Notes: generated by a model not told the origin, from the sequence alone. A DNA stretch of 64,000 nucleotides from the human T2T-CHM13v2.0 reference genome, Homo sapiens (GCF_009914755.1 NC_060925.1), one strand, 5' to 3'; counted from the first letter of the stretch, positions 40,045 through 54,131 are shown. Numbers and translations: made by a program.

Positions 40045-40268
40045 TTTTTTTTTCTTTTTTTTTTTATTATACTTTAAGTTTTAGGGTACATGTGCACATT
40101 GTGCAGGTTAGTTACATATGTATACATGTGCCATGCTGGTGCGCTGCACCCACTAACTCGTCATCTAGCATTAGGTATATCTCCCAGTGCTATCCCTCCC
40201 CCCTCCCCTCACCCCACCACAGTCCCCAGAGTGTGATATTCCCCTTCCTGTGTCCATGTGATCTCATT
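40045..40268 (-). mobile_element. Young (L1PA2-like) L1 3' fragment
   Basis: Minus strand GATCACATGGAC, AATATCAC, GCAGCGCACCAGC and GCACAATGTG, with GAG (not ACA/ACG) at the Ta-diagnostic site. Confidence 0.9.
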
Positions 40269-40938
40269 ACCCCATGTGTTTGCACATGCTATTCATTCTC
40301 ATTCATCCTCATTTGGCCAGCTAACTCCTGCTCTTCTTCCATTCTCAACTTACATGAAACATCCTCTAGGAATGATTTCTGCCCCTCCCAACTCTAGATT
40401 AGGTGATTACCCCACTTATCAACTGTGTTGACATTGACTATTGGCTTGTGCATATCATCCGCTATGACAAAATCCTTGAAGAGGGTGACCAGGATCTGTC
40501 ATGTTCACTATTATGTTCTCAGTGCCTGGTTCAGACTCTGTCACATAGTTAGGGGTTATCATTGTTTATTGTATAAACAAGTCAGAATACTCATTGAAGT
40601 AGTTATTTGTTAATGCTATTCCTGAATATATTGGAATATGTCTTATTCTAAGCAAGTAACATTGAGCTTCCTTGTCTCAGGCGAAGTTTGTAACACAAGC
40701 AACCAAATATGTTGGAGATAATCCCCTGTTTAATATTTGTTCTCCAAAACCGTGAGCTCTTGCAGAGATTATGCTGGGAGTTAAGGGAGGCAGACACATG
40801 GAGGCTTCCTGGGGGAATGAAGAGCACACCTCAGGCTGGCAGGTCTGGTGGGCATCAGGGACCTGGCTCACTTTCTGCCAGCCCTCTGGGAAAGGAACAG
40901 AAGCCCTGAGAAGATGGCTACAAAATGTACCTCTAGAT

Positions 40939-41166
40939 CAGGGGTGTCCAATCCGTTGGCTTCCCTGGGCCGCATTGGAAGAAGAAGAATTGTCTTGGGC
41001 CACACATAAAATACATTAACACTAATGATAGATGATGGGCTAAAAAAAGGAAAATCACAAAAAAAAATTCATAACGTTCTAAGAAAGTTTGTGAATTTGT
41101 TTTGGGTTGCATTCAAAGCTGTTCTGGGCTGCATGTGACCCACAGGACATGGGTTGGACAAGCTTG
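40939..41166 (+). mobile_element. MER30 hAT-Charlie element
   Basis: CAGGGGTGTCCAA...TTGGACAAGCTTG termini; perfect 8-bp TSD CTCTAGAT. Confidence 0.92.
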
Positions 41167-43654
41167 CTCTAGATCCTTAGGACTCCCAACCAGGACCAAA
41201 ATATCTGTGGCCTACTTGGCAGAAGCAGCAAAGTTACAGACATCAAGGATCCAGGTGGCCTTGGACAATGATCATCTCTGCAGTACCCAGTGGGTCTCTG
41301 AAATTTAAGTGTTAATGTGAGACTCCTAGAACCCTTACACAACCTTGAGGCAATGAATAGGGAATCCCAATGGTGACAAAGTTAAAATTTTTCAGCAACT
41401 CTATAGGACAGAAGCTCAGAGGCTTATTTAATTTGATTTAAACCAAATAGAGATGTGACATTTCTTGCTTACCTGAGTTTATTGAATAAGATTTATATTC
41501 ACTACATAAATGGATGGCTTAGTGATTTATGCTGCACACATGTGATGGATGAAATAATAAGCAGTCATTCAAACTAACAGTGACTTACTGAGAGAGAAAT
41601 AATAAACCTCACAATGACAAAGTCCTGTAAATGGAGCTTATTACCTGGTTTTATTCTCTCTGGACACCTTATTTTAACCTAAAAATTTAGATCCATTCAG
41701 TCAAGATCTTTCAATACAAGAATACCTAAAATATATTTATCAAAAATCCTTACAAAAATAGCAAATGGATCCACTGAGGGTGACTGCACTCACAATCTAT
41801 AATGAGAACAATGTGTTTATTATACCTGTACAGTCATAATTACTTGGCCTTTCAGGCTAGACCATGTGTAATGATTTGCCCCTTCTGTTTCAGCTCACTG
41901 AAGAAAAGGAGAAGCCTTAATCTGTGTAAGATAAATGAACTAGTGTCTGTTCTGGCTACATCTAGATGCTATTTCCTAAGTCCCCCAGTATTCCAAAATC
42001 CCATGCAATTCAATCTACTTCTTTGCTTTGACAACCTGATTATCAAGCCTCAGTATGTGTGCATGCACTTGCTCAAAGTAAAGCTCAGGAGGACTCAGTC
42101 TCTATTGATTTTTCTGTAACATCTGGCTTTTCCCAGGCTTTACCTGCCTGGAAAAGAGAGCTGAATCACATTGACTGAAATGCTCCATGGCCCTTCCCCT
42201 TGGCCAGAGTTATACTCGGTTATTTCTGAGAGTCTCTAGGTGTGTTCATATGAGCTCTGCCCTCTCTTGGACTTTTACTGTTGTCCACTTTTCTGAAGCT
42301 CACAAAACCTCTCTTAGGTAGTGCCTTCAGCCACACACTGCTGTCACTGCTGCCCACTGTGGGAAGCCAACGATCACTCCAGAGATCCCATCTCTAGGGC
42401 TTCCAAAGCCGCCCTCACCAGGTGCCAAGGCTTGATGTTCTCTCTTCCATTCTCAAGGCACGGAAGCTTTGCTATCTTCCCCATAAAGCAGAGTAAACTT
42501 TTTTCTCTGCCACTCGATGGAGTAGCAAATCTGCATTGCTTGTCCTCCCTATATAGCTGAGTTCTCCAAAAATACAGTTTATTTGGCTTCTATGTAGCCC
42601 TGAATCTCCAAATGGCTCATGTATAGATCCATGGAGCCCAACTAGGAGAAAAACATCTGAGATATACACTAAGCTATCCTCCTGTCTCAAGTTTTTCCCC
42701 AAATGTCTCAAACAGGGACAAAAAGTCCTTGGGCAAATGAAGTCCTCCTGGTCCTGCTTCTATTTTATCAGACATGTTCTAATCCTGTTTTATGGTCTCT
42801 GCTATAGAGGGAAGGCTATAACTTGCTGGAATTTAATAGTAGATTACTTGTTTTTATCTCTCTAGTCTCAACCATCTATCCCTGCCTACTTCTAAACCAC
42901 AAACACAAAAACAAAATATCTTCTCTGACAACCAGGATCCCCTGAGATTTACATAAAGCTTTAGGTAAGATTTGCAAAGTATGTGTGTTTTTCTCTTTTC
43001 TACCCATCGTATGGAAAACTCTAAAGCTGTAAGTGATTATATGAGCCTTTTCCTTGTATTGTCCTCTATGCACAATTGAGCAAAATGAACTGATCTAAAA
43101 ATTACATCTCAGAGCCCAGAGACTTTAATCATAAGTTAATCACAAATTATTGACTCATTTATTTTAAGAAGCTGTGTCCTGTGCATTGTAATTTTTCTCA
43201 AATATTCCCCACCAGGAGAAAATACACGTGTCCCCAAGTTCCATTCAAAATCTCACCACATCTGAATACTTGACCCTGTTCCATCCACAATCTTCCCCTC
43301 CTCTATTTCAAAAGTAAAATAAATCACTCTATTAGTTTTTACTCCTGTGATTCAGTATTCCCTAATCTGTTACAACATATATCTCATTGGAATATAGTTG
43401 TTCATATATCTTCCCCTCCTGTAGGCTACAAGGACTGAGACTGCATCATCTTCACTGAATCAGTGATTCATGAATTCACTTATTCAATAAATATCTTCTT
43501 TCACTATGTGCAAGGCACTGTGCTAGGCTCATTAATCAGTCCTCTATCTCAAGAGACATTAAATGACTAATTTTTACCTAAGCAAAAGGGAAGAAAAGAG
43601 TTAATTAAGAAATATAAAGGACTTGCTCACTGAAAAACAATTTTTTAAAAAATG

Positions 43655-43795
43655 CAGCACGCACCTGTAGTCTCAGCAACTCTGGAAGCTGAGGCAGGAG
43701 GATTGCTTGAAGCCAGGAGTTAGAGACTGCTGTGTACTAAGATGGTGCCTGTAACTAGTCACAGCCTAGACAACAGAGCGAGACCCCATCCTTTA
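43655..43795 (+). mobile_element. FAM/FRAM-like Alu monomer
   Basis: cacctgtagtctcagcaactctggaagctgaggcaggaggattgcttga...gagcgagacccca. Confidence 0.8.
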
Positions 43796-43941
43796 AAATC
43801 TAAAACAGAAAGAATTGCCCAGCTCCTCTCTCAAAAAACAAACTTTCACTCTTTAGTTGATTCCTCCAAGTATTTCTTCCATGATACATTGAGCTGTTCG
43901 GCCAGTCTATGATGCTTCTCATCTCTCCAAATCCTTAAAGC

Positions 43942-43990
43942 AGGGGTCTCTAGCCCACAAGCCGCGGACTGGTATCAGTCTGTGGCCTGT
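43942..43990 (+). mobile_element. MER1 5' fragment
   Basis: caggggtctctagcccacaagccgcggactggtatcagtctgtggcctgt. Confidence 0.65.
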
Positions 43991-46699
43991 CATCATGGCC
44001 TCATGGTTTGGAGTGGGGGTTCTCTCTCCCTCTTTTAAGTGAACTCTGAAAATAGACATAAACTCTTTTCTAAATTCTCCGGAACACAGCTAAGTCCATC
44101 CTATTATAGTAAATAAAACATCACTCAATTATCTTAAGAGAAAAAACAATGCAAAGAGAAACTTAGATCTGGTTCTTGGATATGAGTATTCTTGGAACCC
44201 ACAGGTTCTGGCTTCTCCTCACATCACCTCAGCCCACTTCTCTCACAACTCAAGGGATGCCCTGAGGCAAGAGCCAAGGAAGACTCTGAAACATTTCTAT
44301 CCTCCCTCTCCAAGCCTAGGCCAGAGAAATCAAGTACCTAAGATGGGAAAGAGTTCCCTCTCCTTCCTGCTCCACATCTTCCTGTGAGTTAAGATTATCC
44401 TCTTCCCAGAATGATCTACACTGGGAATGCCTACACCCTTTGTGTGAAACTCAAGATCTGCCTTTTTGTGCAGCCTTACCCATGAACCCAAACTCAGAAG
44501 GTAATAGCCCAGCCACACAGTGACAGATAAGCACACAATTACAATTAGAGGGGATAGGTGGATACCTCCCTACACTATCAGCCCCTGTGACCTGCTTCTC
44601 CAAATCAGCTTCTTTTATTACTCTATTTCCCTTCTCTTGGCCATAAACCTCACTTTCCATTGGGCACTTTGTCCCATCACACTCAACTTGCTTTGGACCT
44701 GTTTTTTTTTTTTTTTCACCTTTGACTTCAGAACATCCAAGCTAGAGCATTTTGCTTGTCCACCCACACACACGTGCATGCACACACATATACCACCTGA
44801 AAATAGCCAAGAGTGAACAATATATCCTGCAGGAGACCATGGATTATTACATCATAAAGCAAACCTGCCACAAACATGAAATGTCTTACTAGTTTTGTGT
44901 TTTATCCTAAAATAAGTACACATGTTGCATTCTGATTTCTAACATACTGATTTTTTTCATGTTCAGTTTAGATTTAAAATCACTCAAAATTGCATTAAGT
45001 AACCCAACCATGTCCTATGTCTCTTGGGTAAGAGCTGAGGCTGATATATAGAGCATGTCGCTTTCAAGGTCTGGACTGAACTGAACTGAGCTGATACTTG
45101 ACAAATCAGATTCAACAAGCAGGCAATTGCTGTTGTCTGTCTGGTATTATATTTCAAGAGTCTAGGCTCCCTCATTAGATATAAATAGAATCAGATTTTG
45201 ATGGTGGTGGTTTAGTGTGTTATGGAGAAAAAGTTATTTGTTTGTTTGCTTTTATGTTTTATTTTTATGTCAGTGTAATCACCCAGGTGAGAAACCAAAA
45301 TAATGCTAATGAGGTGCCCACCTTTTCAACTTCCTCTTGGTGAAAATTTTGATCAGCATATTTTCTTACTGAGAAATCAAATAGTTTTTGTCAAAGTGAT
45401 TCTGATCCACTGGTCAGTTTATTTTACTATTTTTGAAAAATCATACCAAATTTATTTTAAGCAAAAAAAGATGGTAGTGTTCTTTATTTTACTATCAAAG
45501 TTATAATTTGTATCACATCCACATGAATAAAGAATTTCAAACAACCCATAGTCTTCACAATCAGTTTTCTTTCATCAGTTCTCAAACATCATCTTCATTG
45601 CGGTGTGTTTGTTATATGCCATAAAAACTTCAGTAGTGTTGCCTTACAGTTGCTTACTGTGAGTATTCAAGCTCTTACAAATTGCTAAATAAGTAAAATT
45701 TGTAGTCTTCTCAATTAAGATAAGAATGTAATCAATTTAACCCATCTGGAAGTTTAACCTTTTTTAAGACACTTTTTTCTGTAAACTTAAGTAATCAATC
45801 TTTAATTTGTAAACTCTAACCAACACCTTTTCAAACTAATTCAGTATGAATATATATGGCTGGTAAGTAGAAACAAACAAACAAAAAGCCGTTTTCAAAA
45901 CTAGTTCCCTATTCATAATTAATTTACCTTAGAAAATAACTTACAATAAGTGAAGACAAAAAAAATTGAGAAAAAACTCTCCCTTTCAAAAATTTTTCAA
46001 GTATAAGAAATATTTGTGCAAAAATTATAGCCAAACCTAAACTAAGTAAGTTACTTTTAGTTAAATAATTTCAAAACCAAGACTATAAAAATTGCTTCAA
46101 ATTTTTACAGGAAAAAACTTATATTTTGAAAGATGGGTAAATGTGAATATTCTTCCTGAGATTTAGGATGGAGCCTCGAAAAGTAAGAGTGCAGCTAAGT
46201 GTGCAGATTTTGAAAAAAAAAAAAAGTTTTCCACTCATTCACATTGAAACATAATAAAATCTGTATTTGGATAGGCATCTAAGAATATCCTAAACCATTT
46301 AACTTTAAATTTGCTGTTTACTGCCAATTAGCAACGACAAATGCTATTTCTGTCATCTTCTCTATTTAGTCCATGAGACCTAACCATGTCAGCCACACTC
46401 TTCTCTGATGACTGCTTTTCTGAATTTCCCTGATGATCCTACTCATTTTTGGTGATTTCAAGCTTGCACTGCAACCTGTCTTCACTCAAACAAGTCCACC
46501 TTGTCATTTGAGTGCCATTTATAAATGTTCATAATTTTAAGAGAGAAATGAATAATGACAGTAAAATAGCAAAATTTGGAAATGTAGTTTTGTGTTCTTG
46601 AAAGTATACAAATTAAATAGAGCTTTAGATAAATATTTGATCAATTCAACTATGGGAGAAATTTCAAATAAATTGTGGAATTAGTCCGTGAGAAAGTGA

Positions 46700-47130
46700 A
46701 AAAGATAAAAACATTGTCCACGGATCCAGCTGCATATGCCTGGATCTGTGAGATTTCACCTCCTTCCTTCCGTTCTTGCATACACCCCCACAACCCAGGC
46801 AGTAGAGAAACCGGGATCAGTGATCCGCCCAGGGATGTACACCTGACCCAACCTAAACCAGACCAGATCAGTTCAACTTTCTGGAGTAAAGATGTGAGGT
46901 GTGAGCCTGGAAGCTGCCAGTGACCAGTTTCCAGCTACATAAAAAAAAACAGGCATGAAAGGATGAAGAGAAATGGAGAGAAGCAAAGGTGACAGAAAGC
47001 CGTGGCAGCATCCTTGAGGCCCAGCCACACCTTTTTCCTCTTAGCAAATTGCTACCTTGGATCAATAGAGTCCTGATTTGTCTTATGGTGTTTTATGTTA
47101 GGTACCCTCCAAACACAACAAACAAAACAT
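46700..47130. mobile_element. Old MaLR/ERVL LTR remnant
   Basis: gtgagcctggaagctgccagtgacca...gaggcccagccacacc motif pattern. Confidence 0.5.
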
Positions 47131-47719
47131 AATATTAAAAAACATCTCTCCCTTATCCTCTCTGTATCTACTTAATTCAGCATTTACAGAACATGTACTC
47201 TTTATAAAGTTCTAGGGTTTGCATTTTGAAGTAGCCTCACTTATAGATTAATCTAACTAGACACAAAGCTCTCTGCTCTCAAAGCACTTATAATCCAGCA
47301 AATAATCCTGCAGCAGTCATATTTGAGCTGGTTTTCAAGATGTGTAAGGAATTTTCCAGTTGTATGAGGCAGGCATATGCATTCAATCTAAGAAACACAC
47401 ATCATACAAAGGCAGAGGCACAAGGCTGCATGACGTTTGGGAACAGCAAATAACTCTGTATTGCTGAGGCTTAACATATGGAGGAAATGGAAAGAATGGA
47501 GAAATAGATAGGCATAAACTCATAAAAGGCTTTGAAGGACCTGCTAAGGGATTTGGATTGATTATTCCTCTAGGTCAGGATCTCCAAAAAGGAGTTTGCA
47601 CAACCCAGGCAGGGACAAGGTGGTTCCATGTTTTTATCTTTTTCTCTTTCTCAAGGAACTACCTTGTCCCTGCCTGGGTTGTGGCAAAGACAAGGGACCA
47701 CCCACATAATTCATTCAGG

Positions 47720-47880
47720 CAAGATCAGCTACATAATTCATAGGTCTCAGTGTAAAATAAAAATACAGGGCCTCTTGTTCCAAATATTTAATCATTTCAA
47801 AATTGCAATAGCAGAGCATTAAACCAAGTATGGTGCCTTTCTGTACACTACACAGGTTGCACATTGATAAAGTTGGCCTG
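47720..47880. mobile_element. MER45-like hAT element
   Basis: cagtgtaaaataaaaatacagggcctcttgttc...agagcattaaaccaag...cacaggttgcac. Confidence 0.65.
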
Positions 47881-48829
47881 CATCCTAGGAAGCAAATACT
47901 GGAACTACCTTATATTTATTTTTATCACATTATTTCCTAATTTTCAATGCCTTATAATGTACATAATTATATTTTATACATATATGTAATTCACAATTAA
48001 ATGAATGTTTTAGCACATATCTATCATTTACTAATAAATGACTATATTTTAGTACATATATGTAATTCACAAATAAATGAATATATAAATATTTGTAGAG
48101 TGTGCCTAAAATTTATAACTGATAGTACATGTAATCAGTCAAGGTTAAGGACTCTGCTATCTTCCCGAGACTGGGCCCAAATCCCTAATGGAGAGAGTCT
48201 AGCTATGCTGGCCTGGAATGTAAAGGGGAGTAGGAAGAGAAGGTAAAAGAGAGAGAAGAGACAGAGAGACAGTGGCAGAGGAAGGCAGAGAGAAACTCTA
48301 GCAAAGAGAGAGAATGAAATTCTAGCTCTTCTTACACTCTAATATCATTTTCTAAAAGCAAAAAAAGGCACTTTTTAATTCAGTAAACCAAAAACTATGA
48401 GAGTCATCAAATCTGACCCATCAATTACGATCTCTCCTTCTCGGATTAGAAAGGATGAATAGTAAGAAACAAGAATATTAAATATTTCTGCATTGCCCTT
48501 CTTGTATTATTTCTGCTGACCCACTGGGCTGAGTAGGATTCGTGGTAAATTGGAGCCAAGGCTATTCTCCCCAAGTAAGACAACCAAAGCTATGTCAGGG
48601 ATGTCCTGATCACTCTCTCATTTCCACTTTTCAGTGTGTCAGTCTGGAACCAGTGAGGCTCCTGTTCAGTTACAGGAACTGTCTTCATAGTGTTTCCCAC
48701 AGAAGCTCATGAAGCGGGTTAGAATATTGCAGTAACTCAAAGGCCATATGATCCAGGAATTGAATCTTCATTCTATGTTTTTAAAAAATGTTTAATATTT
48801 ACTCCACTTTTAAAAAGGAAAATAAAACG

Positions 48830-49270
48830 TAAATGCATATTATGAAAGAAAGAAGCCAATATGAAAAGGCTACATACTAGATAATTACAACTCTATGACA
48901 ATCTGGAAAAGACAAAACTATGGAGACAGTGAGAAAATCCATGGTTGCCAGAAGTTAGCAAGAAGGAAGGGATGAATAGGCAGAGTACAGCAGATTTTTA
49001 GAGGAGTGAAACTATTCCATATGATACTACAATAGTGGATACATGTCATTATATATTTGTTCAGACCCATAGAATGCCCAATACCAAGAGCAAACCCTAA
49101 CATAAACTATGAAATTAGGGTGATAATGATGTGTCAATGCAGGTTCAAGAGTACCACCACGGTGCAGGTTGTCGATAGTGGGGAAGCTGTACACGCGGAG
49201 GGACCAGGGCATATGGGAACTCTGTATTTTCTGCTCAGTTTTGTTGTGAACCTACAACTTCTCTTAAAAA
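48830..49270 (+). mobile_element. L1MC 3' end
   Basis: aaaaggctacatact...atggagacagtg...gtggatacatgtcattata...aaccctaacataaactatg. Confidence 0.85.
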
Positions 49271-50070
49271 ATTATTATTTTTTTAAAGCAAGATATTAAA
49301 GCAAGATATTATTTTTTAAAGCAAGATACATTTTTAGAGAAATGCCTATGATTTTTTAAACTACCTGTGATCCCTTCCTTTTCAAGAAAACCACGTTAAC
49401 ACTTTAGTTTGACACTCTTTAGTATTGTCATGTCTTTAGTATATGTGTGTGTGCGTAGGCTTTCCTTATAAAATGGGAAAATACGAGTATTAATACACTT
49501 TCTTTTTAATGAAAATGTAGCATAGGTATATGTCTATGTCAGAATATTCAAAGACACAATGAAGTGAACTTTATTGTAATCACCATGATGGGTCCTGTGG
49601 ATCGCTCCACTCACTCATTCTCATCCCACCCATGCTGCTGGAATGATGATAAGCTAAACACTACATTCCCCAGGCTACCTTGTAATTCACATTCTGGATG
49701 TCAATCACAGTCTGTCAATTCAGTGAACTTACATGAAATGTGGAAGATGTAATTGTGGTGGGGGCCCTTTTCCTCCTCTCTATCAGGTAGTTTTGGCTGG
49801 CTAACAAGGCCATGGGAATATGAGGTTTCCTGGTTGCCATGTACCAGTGACCATTCTCCAGGACCCTAGATCTTGAGAAATAGCTGCTACTGTTTCATGA
49901 TTCAAACTCTCTGCCTTGGATGGTAGCTATGGGATTATGTTCATGAAATTGGAATTTCTGTGGTGGCTTCAAAGGAGACATTGGTGTGTCACTTCTCAAT
50001 TCTTCTAGGAGTCATTTTATTTTCAGAGGCCAGCCAAGAGCCTACTTAATTTAGTTCTTCTATTAATTTG

Positions 50071-50224
50071 GGCTAGACACAGTGGTTCATGCCTGTAATC
50101 CCAGTGCTTTGGGAGGCCAAGGCAGGAGGATCTCTTGAGCCCAGGAGTTCAAGGCTGCAATGAGTTGTGATCACAACACTGCACTCCAACCTGGATGACA
50201 GAGTGAGACTCTATCTCAAAAAGT
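50071..50224 (+). mobile_element. AluJ-type monomer inside an old LTR16-like remnant (~49580-50320)
   Basis: Left-arm start joined to a right-arm end: cccaggagttcaaggctgcaatgag. Confidence 0.85.
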
Positions 50225-50479
50225 GAAAAATGAAAACACTTAATTCTCCATATGAAATTATTTCCCACTTAAAATATTTAAAATAGTTTCTCCTTTCTAC
50301 ATTGAATACTAACTGACACAATTCAATCACTTTAAAATGTTTATAATAAAGTAATAATAGAGTTCCCCCCTCTGCCTATTTATTGTAACACAAACACAAT
50401 CCTTTCCAATTTATTTTGTCTCTATACAGATCTACCTCTTATCTATCTATCTGCTTGTCTATCTATCAACTGTATGTCC

Positions 50480-51960
50480 GTACAAATAAAAATGCTCTTG
50501 TGTTGCAAAACTGAATTATGCTGCACATACTAATCTGCAATTTGCTTTTTTCCCTGAGCATTTTTCTTGAATGGTACATATAGATCTAGTCTATTATTTT
50601 TAAATAGCTGCACAATATTCCATAGTATAGTGATAGCACAATTTATTCAATCATATTCGAGGATTTCCCTGTTGATGAACACATGTGTTTTCCAAATATT
50701 TGCTATTAGAATGCTGTAATGAATATCTTTTTATGTATCACCTTAAGGACTCTGATCTTATTGCTGTAAGATAAATTTCTTTAAGTAGAATTAGTGGGCC
50801 AAAGAATATGAGCCTTTCAAAATTTTAATACATACTGTCAAATTAAATTCCAACAAGCTTCTACAAATTTACACTCTCAGCACAAATGCATGAAATGGCT
50901 TATTTCCCCATTAAACTAGTGATAACTGGATAGTAAAACCTTTTTTTGCCAATCTAATAACAAAAAAGTAATATACCATTGTTGTCTCTAAATTGCTTTT
51001 CTTAGATTACAAGTAAAATCAATGTTTACCGGGCATCTGCATTTTATTTGCGATGATTGTCCATTCACATCTACACTTTGCCATTTCTTTTTTTCCATCT
51101 ATTTGTAAGCACCTTAAGTATATTAAAGATATTAGCCCTTTGTCTGATACACACACATACACACATGTACACACACACGCACGGAGAGAAAGAGAGCAGA
51201 GGTAATATTCTTCTAGTTTGTCATTTGGTATTTGTTTCTGTTTATATTAACTTTGCCATCGCAAGGTTTTTAGGTAGCTATGGGTAATTGTGTTGCTTAG
51301 AAAAGTCTCCATGACTTTGAGATTTTACAAATATTTTCCTAAATGTTTTAATACTTTTGGTGTTTTGTTGTTTTATATATAAAGATTTAACCCATCAAAT
51401 ATTTAGTTTTGTAGATGGTTAAAAATTAAGATGTAACTTTATTTCAAGTGGATAGACAATAGTTCCAGCCCTAATTATTGTCTGAGCCATTCTTTCCTCC
51501 ATTGAAATGGATTACTGTACTACATACGTACCTGAATCTGTCTCTGAATTCTTATTTGTTTCACTGATTTATTGTCAATTCCTGTTTTAATGCCATATTG
51601 ATTTGATTCTAGTGGCTTTATAGATATTAAGTTCTGGTATCTATTAAAAAAATCCCTACTATTATTTTTCTTTTCAAAAATTTCCTGGCATTTATTACAT
51701 ATTTATTCTTCAAAATCAATTTCAGATTTATTTTCTTTGATTAATATAAGCTGGAAATTTTATTCAAATAATAGTAAATGTATGCATTAATTTAGGAATG
51801 ATTGACATTCTTGGAATGATTGAGACTTTATAATATGAAGTCTCTCATCCAGGAGGATGTCATGTCCCTCCAATTTATTCATGTCTTGTCCTTCAATAAC
51901 ACTCCCTTTTCCTTCATATGGTTCTTGTGACCCTTCTATTAAGTTTTTCCTTGAGAGATT
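50480..51960 (-). mobile_element. Old L1ME remnant
   Basis: tatttgctattagaatgctgtaatgaatat..., attaatttagg..attgacatt, typical of antisense old L1. Confidence 0.7.
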
Positions 51961-52839
51961 GACAGTTCTGTAGACTATGACAAGCTAGCCTGGGCTCAGG
52001 TCTCCTTCCCTTGAGCTGAACTCTAGAGAAACCACAAAAGTGAAAGGGATCCCAATACAAAAAAAAGTAGGGGGAAATACTTGGGAAGAACAGAGGTGAC
52101 AGAACACCAATGTGATAGAAAAAAAGGTTAGGGCAAAAGGAAAACAGGTCCTACAACTGGGGAAGGGACTGGGAAACCACTTTCTAACTGAGTCTTTTAT
52201 TGTCTTTCCCACATTGCCCTGAGAGGATTATTATTCATTCTATCAAAGTGGGTTGGTGAGAAAAACTGCATCCCAGCCCAGCACCAGCACCAGCCTGAGT
52301 TACATCAGGGAGACTCTAGCTGGGGTGAAATGCTTATAAGAAGAAGTTCACAGAGTCTGGCCAATTACTGAGCATCCTCTTCTCCTCCCTTCCTCTCTTG
52401 CCTCACCCATATAAGAATCGGTCGCAACAGAGGAGGACATTCTCTGGAAAACTGAAATTCTTGGGACAGAGGTGTTAGGTGGGTAGGGAGTCCCAAAGGA
52501 CACGGCTATCTAGTGGCAGAAATGAAGTAAACAAAATAATTGAGAACTTATTACAACACTAGAAGCTTTCCACACTGAGATATACTCCGTTCCCACTCCC
52601 AAACTCGCCTAGAGGAGAACAAGCTGGAATAAAGTACATATGACCATCAAGGTACAGATGATCTTTCAAGGTAGTTGATAATTCTAAAGGAGTATGTGTT
52701 TGCACAGAAAAAAGCTAACATAGCAGGCCTGAGGCTGCTACCATTAGAAATGCCTACTGCAAGCCTAAACTTTCCCTTTTGCCATAAGAAAATGCAAGGG
52801 TGCTCTAAAAAAATAAAATAAAATAAAATATAAAATTAA

Positions 52840-54075
52840 AAAACCATAGAGTAGGTATCATACTTAATCTCAACTTATTGAAAGCATTCCTCTTCACATT
52901 AGGAACATGAAATGGATGTCTACAGTTACCATTTTCTTTTAAGTGAAGGTACTAGACAGTAGAATGAGACAAAAAATGATTTAGGATCCATAGCGATAAA
53001 AATAAATGAATGAATAAATGAGGAGAAAATAACACTTTTCACTTAAAAGTAGAAGGAATGATGGAAATGTAAAGTGACCATTTGATAAACTATCATAGTA
53101 ATAATTAATCTATTCAAAAAACATAGATGGATGCTATAACTAGTGAGTGAAAGTATAATGGGAAATGATATATTTACCTAGTCTTAAAATATCACCTTAC
53201 TACAAAATTATTAATTACAAGAAGTAAGTTTCAATGGAGAAAAACATAAAATCACTTTAATCTAATGATCAAGTAATGAGAAAAGTCAAACTTGTGTCTC
53301 CCTTGATAGAACGCAATGAGAAGAAAACAGCCCCAATTCTGTGATATTTCTGCCAAAAATTCATAACCTGAATCTAATCATTAGAAGACATCAGACAAAC
53401 CTGAACCAAGGAATATTCTGGCTACAGCCTTCAGGTGTTAAAGTTTTGAGAGTTAAAGAAAGACTGGAAAGGATGAGGAAATGCTCTAGAAATCAAAGGT
53501 GACTGAAGAAACATGACAACTAAATGCAGTGTATAATCCTGGTTTGTATCTTTTTGCTATAAAGGACATGATTGGATAATTGGTGAAAGTTGAATGGGAT
53601 ATGTAAATTAGATAACAGTGATATATCAGTGTTAATTTCCTGATTTTGATGGTTGTATTGGGGTCATGTAGGAGAAGGTCTTTGTTTGCTTGAATTACAC
53701 ACTAAAGTATTTGGGGATGATGGGGCATCATGTCAACAACTTACTCTTAAATGATTCATAGAAAATATTTCATATAAAGTTCCAAGACAGCCACAACTAA
53801 TCTATGGAATTAGAAGTCAAAATAATGGTTACCTTTGGCTGGAGAAATTGTGACTGGGAAGGGGAGGAGGGGCTTATATGATGTCTTCTAATGATTAGAT
53901 TCAAGTTATGAATTTTGGGCAGAAATATCACAGAATTAGGGCTGTATTCTTCTCATTACTAGAATTACTAGATCTGGGTAATGGCTCCACAGGTATGTTT
54001 GCCTTGGGAAAATTCACCAAGCTACATACTTGTGATTTCTGCATTTTTCTTATGTATGTTACACTTCAATTTAAA
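52840..54075 (+). mobile_element. Old L1MC/L1ME fragments
   Basis: gaaagcattcctct; cataacctgaatctaatcat; atatcagtgttaatttcctgattttgat; ctaatctatggaattagaagtcaa. Confidence 0.7.
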
Positions 54076-54127
54076 AACAAAAGAGGTCCTAGCCTCCTAA
54101 ACATCAATAAATCAGCACATGTGTTAA

Positions 54128-54131
<4 letters not shown>

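Noticed and set aside
44330-44536. Minus-strand hydrophobic leader-like ORF with a GTAAGG donor near 44479
   Set aside because: No ATG start and no identifiable downstream exon.
45260-46660. Possible old hAT transposase remnant
   Set aside because: The composition is suggestive, but I could not identify terminal repeats or a translatable motif, so it is not called.
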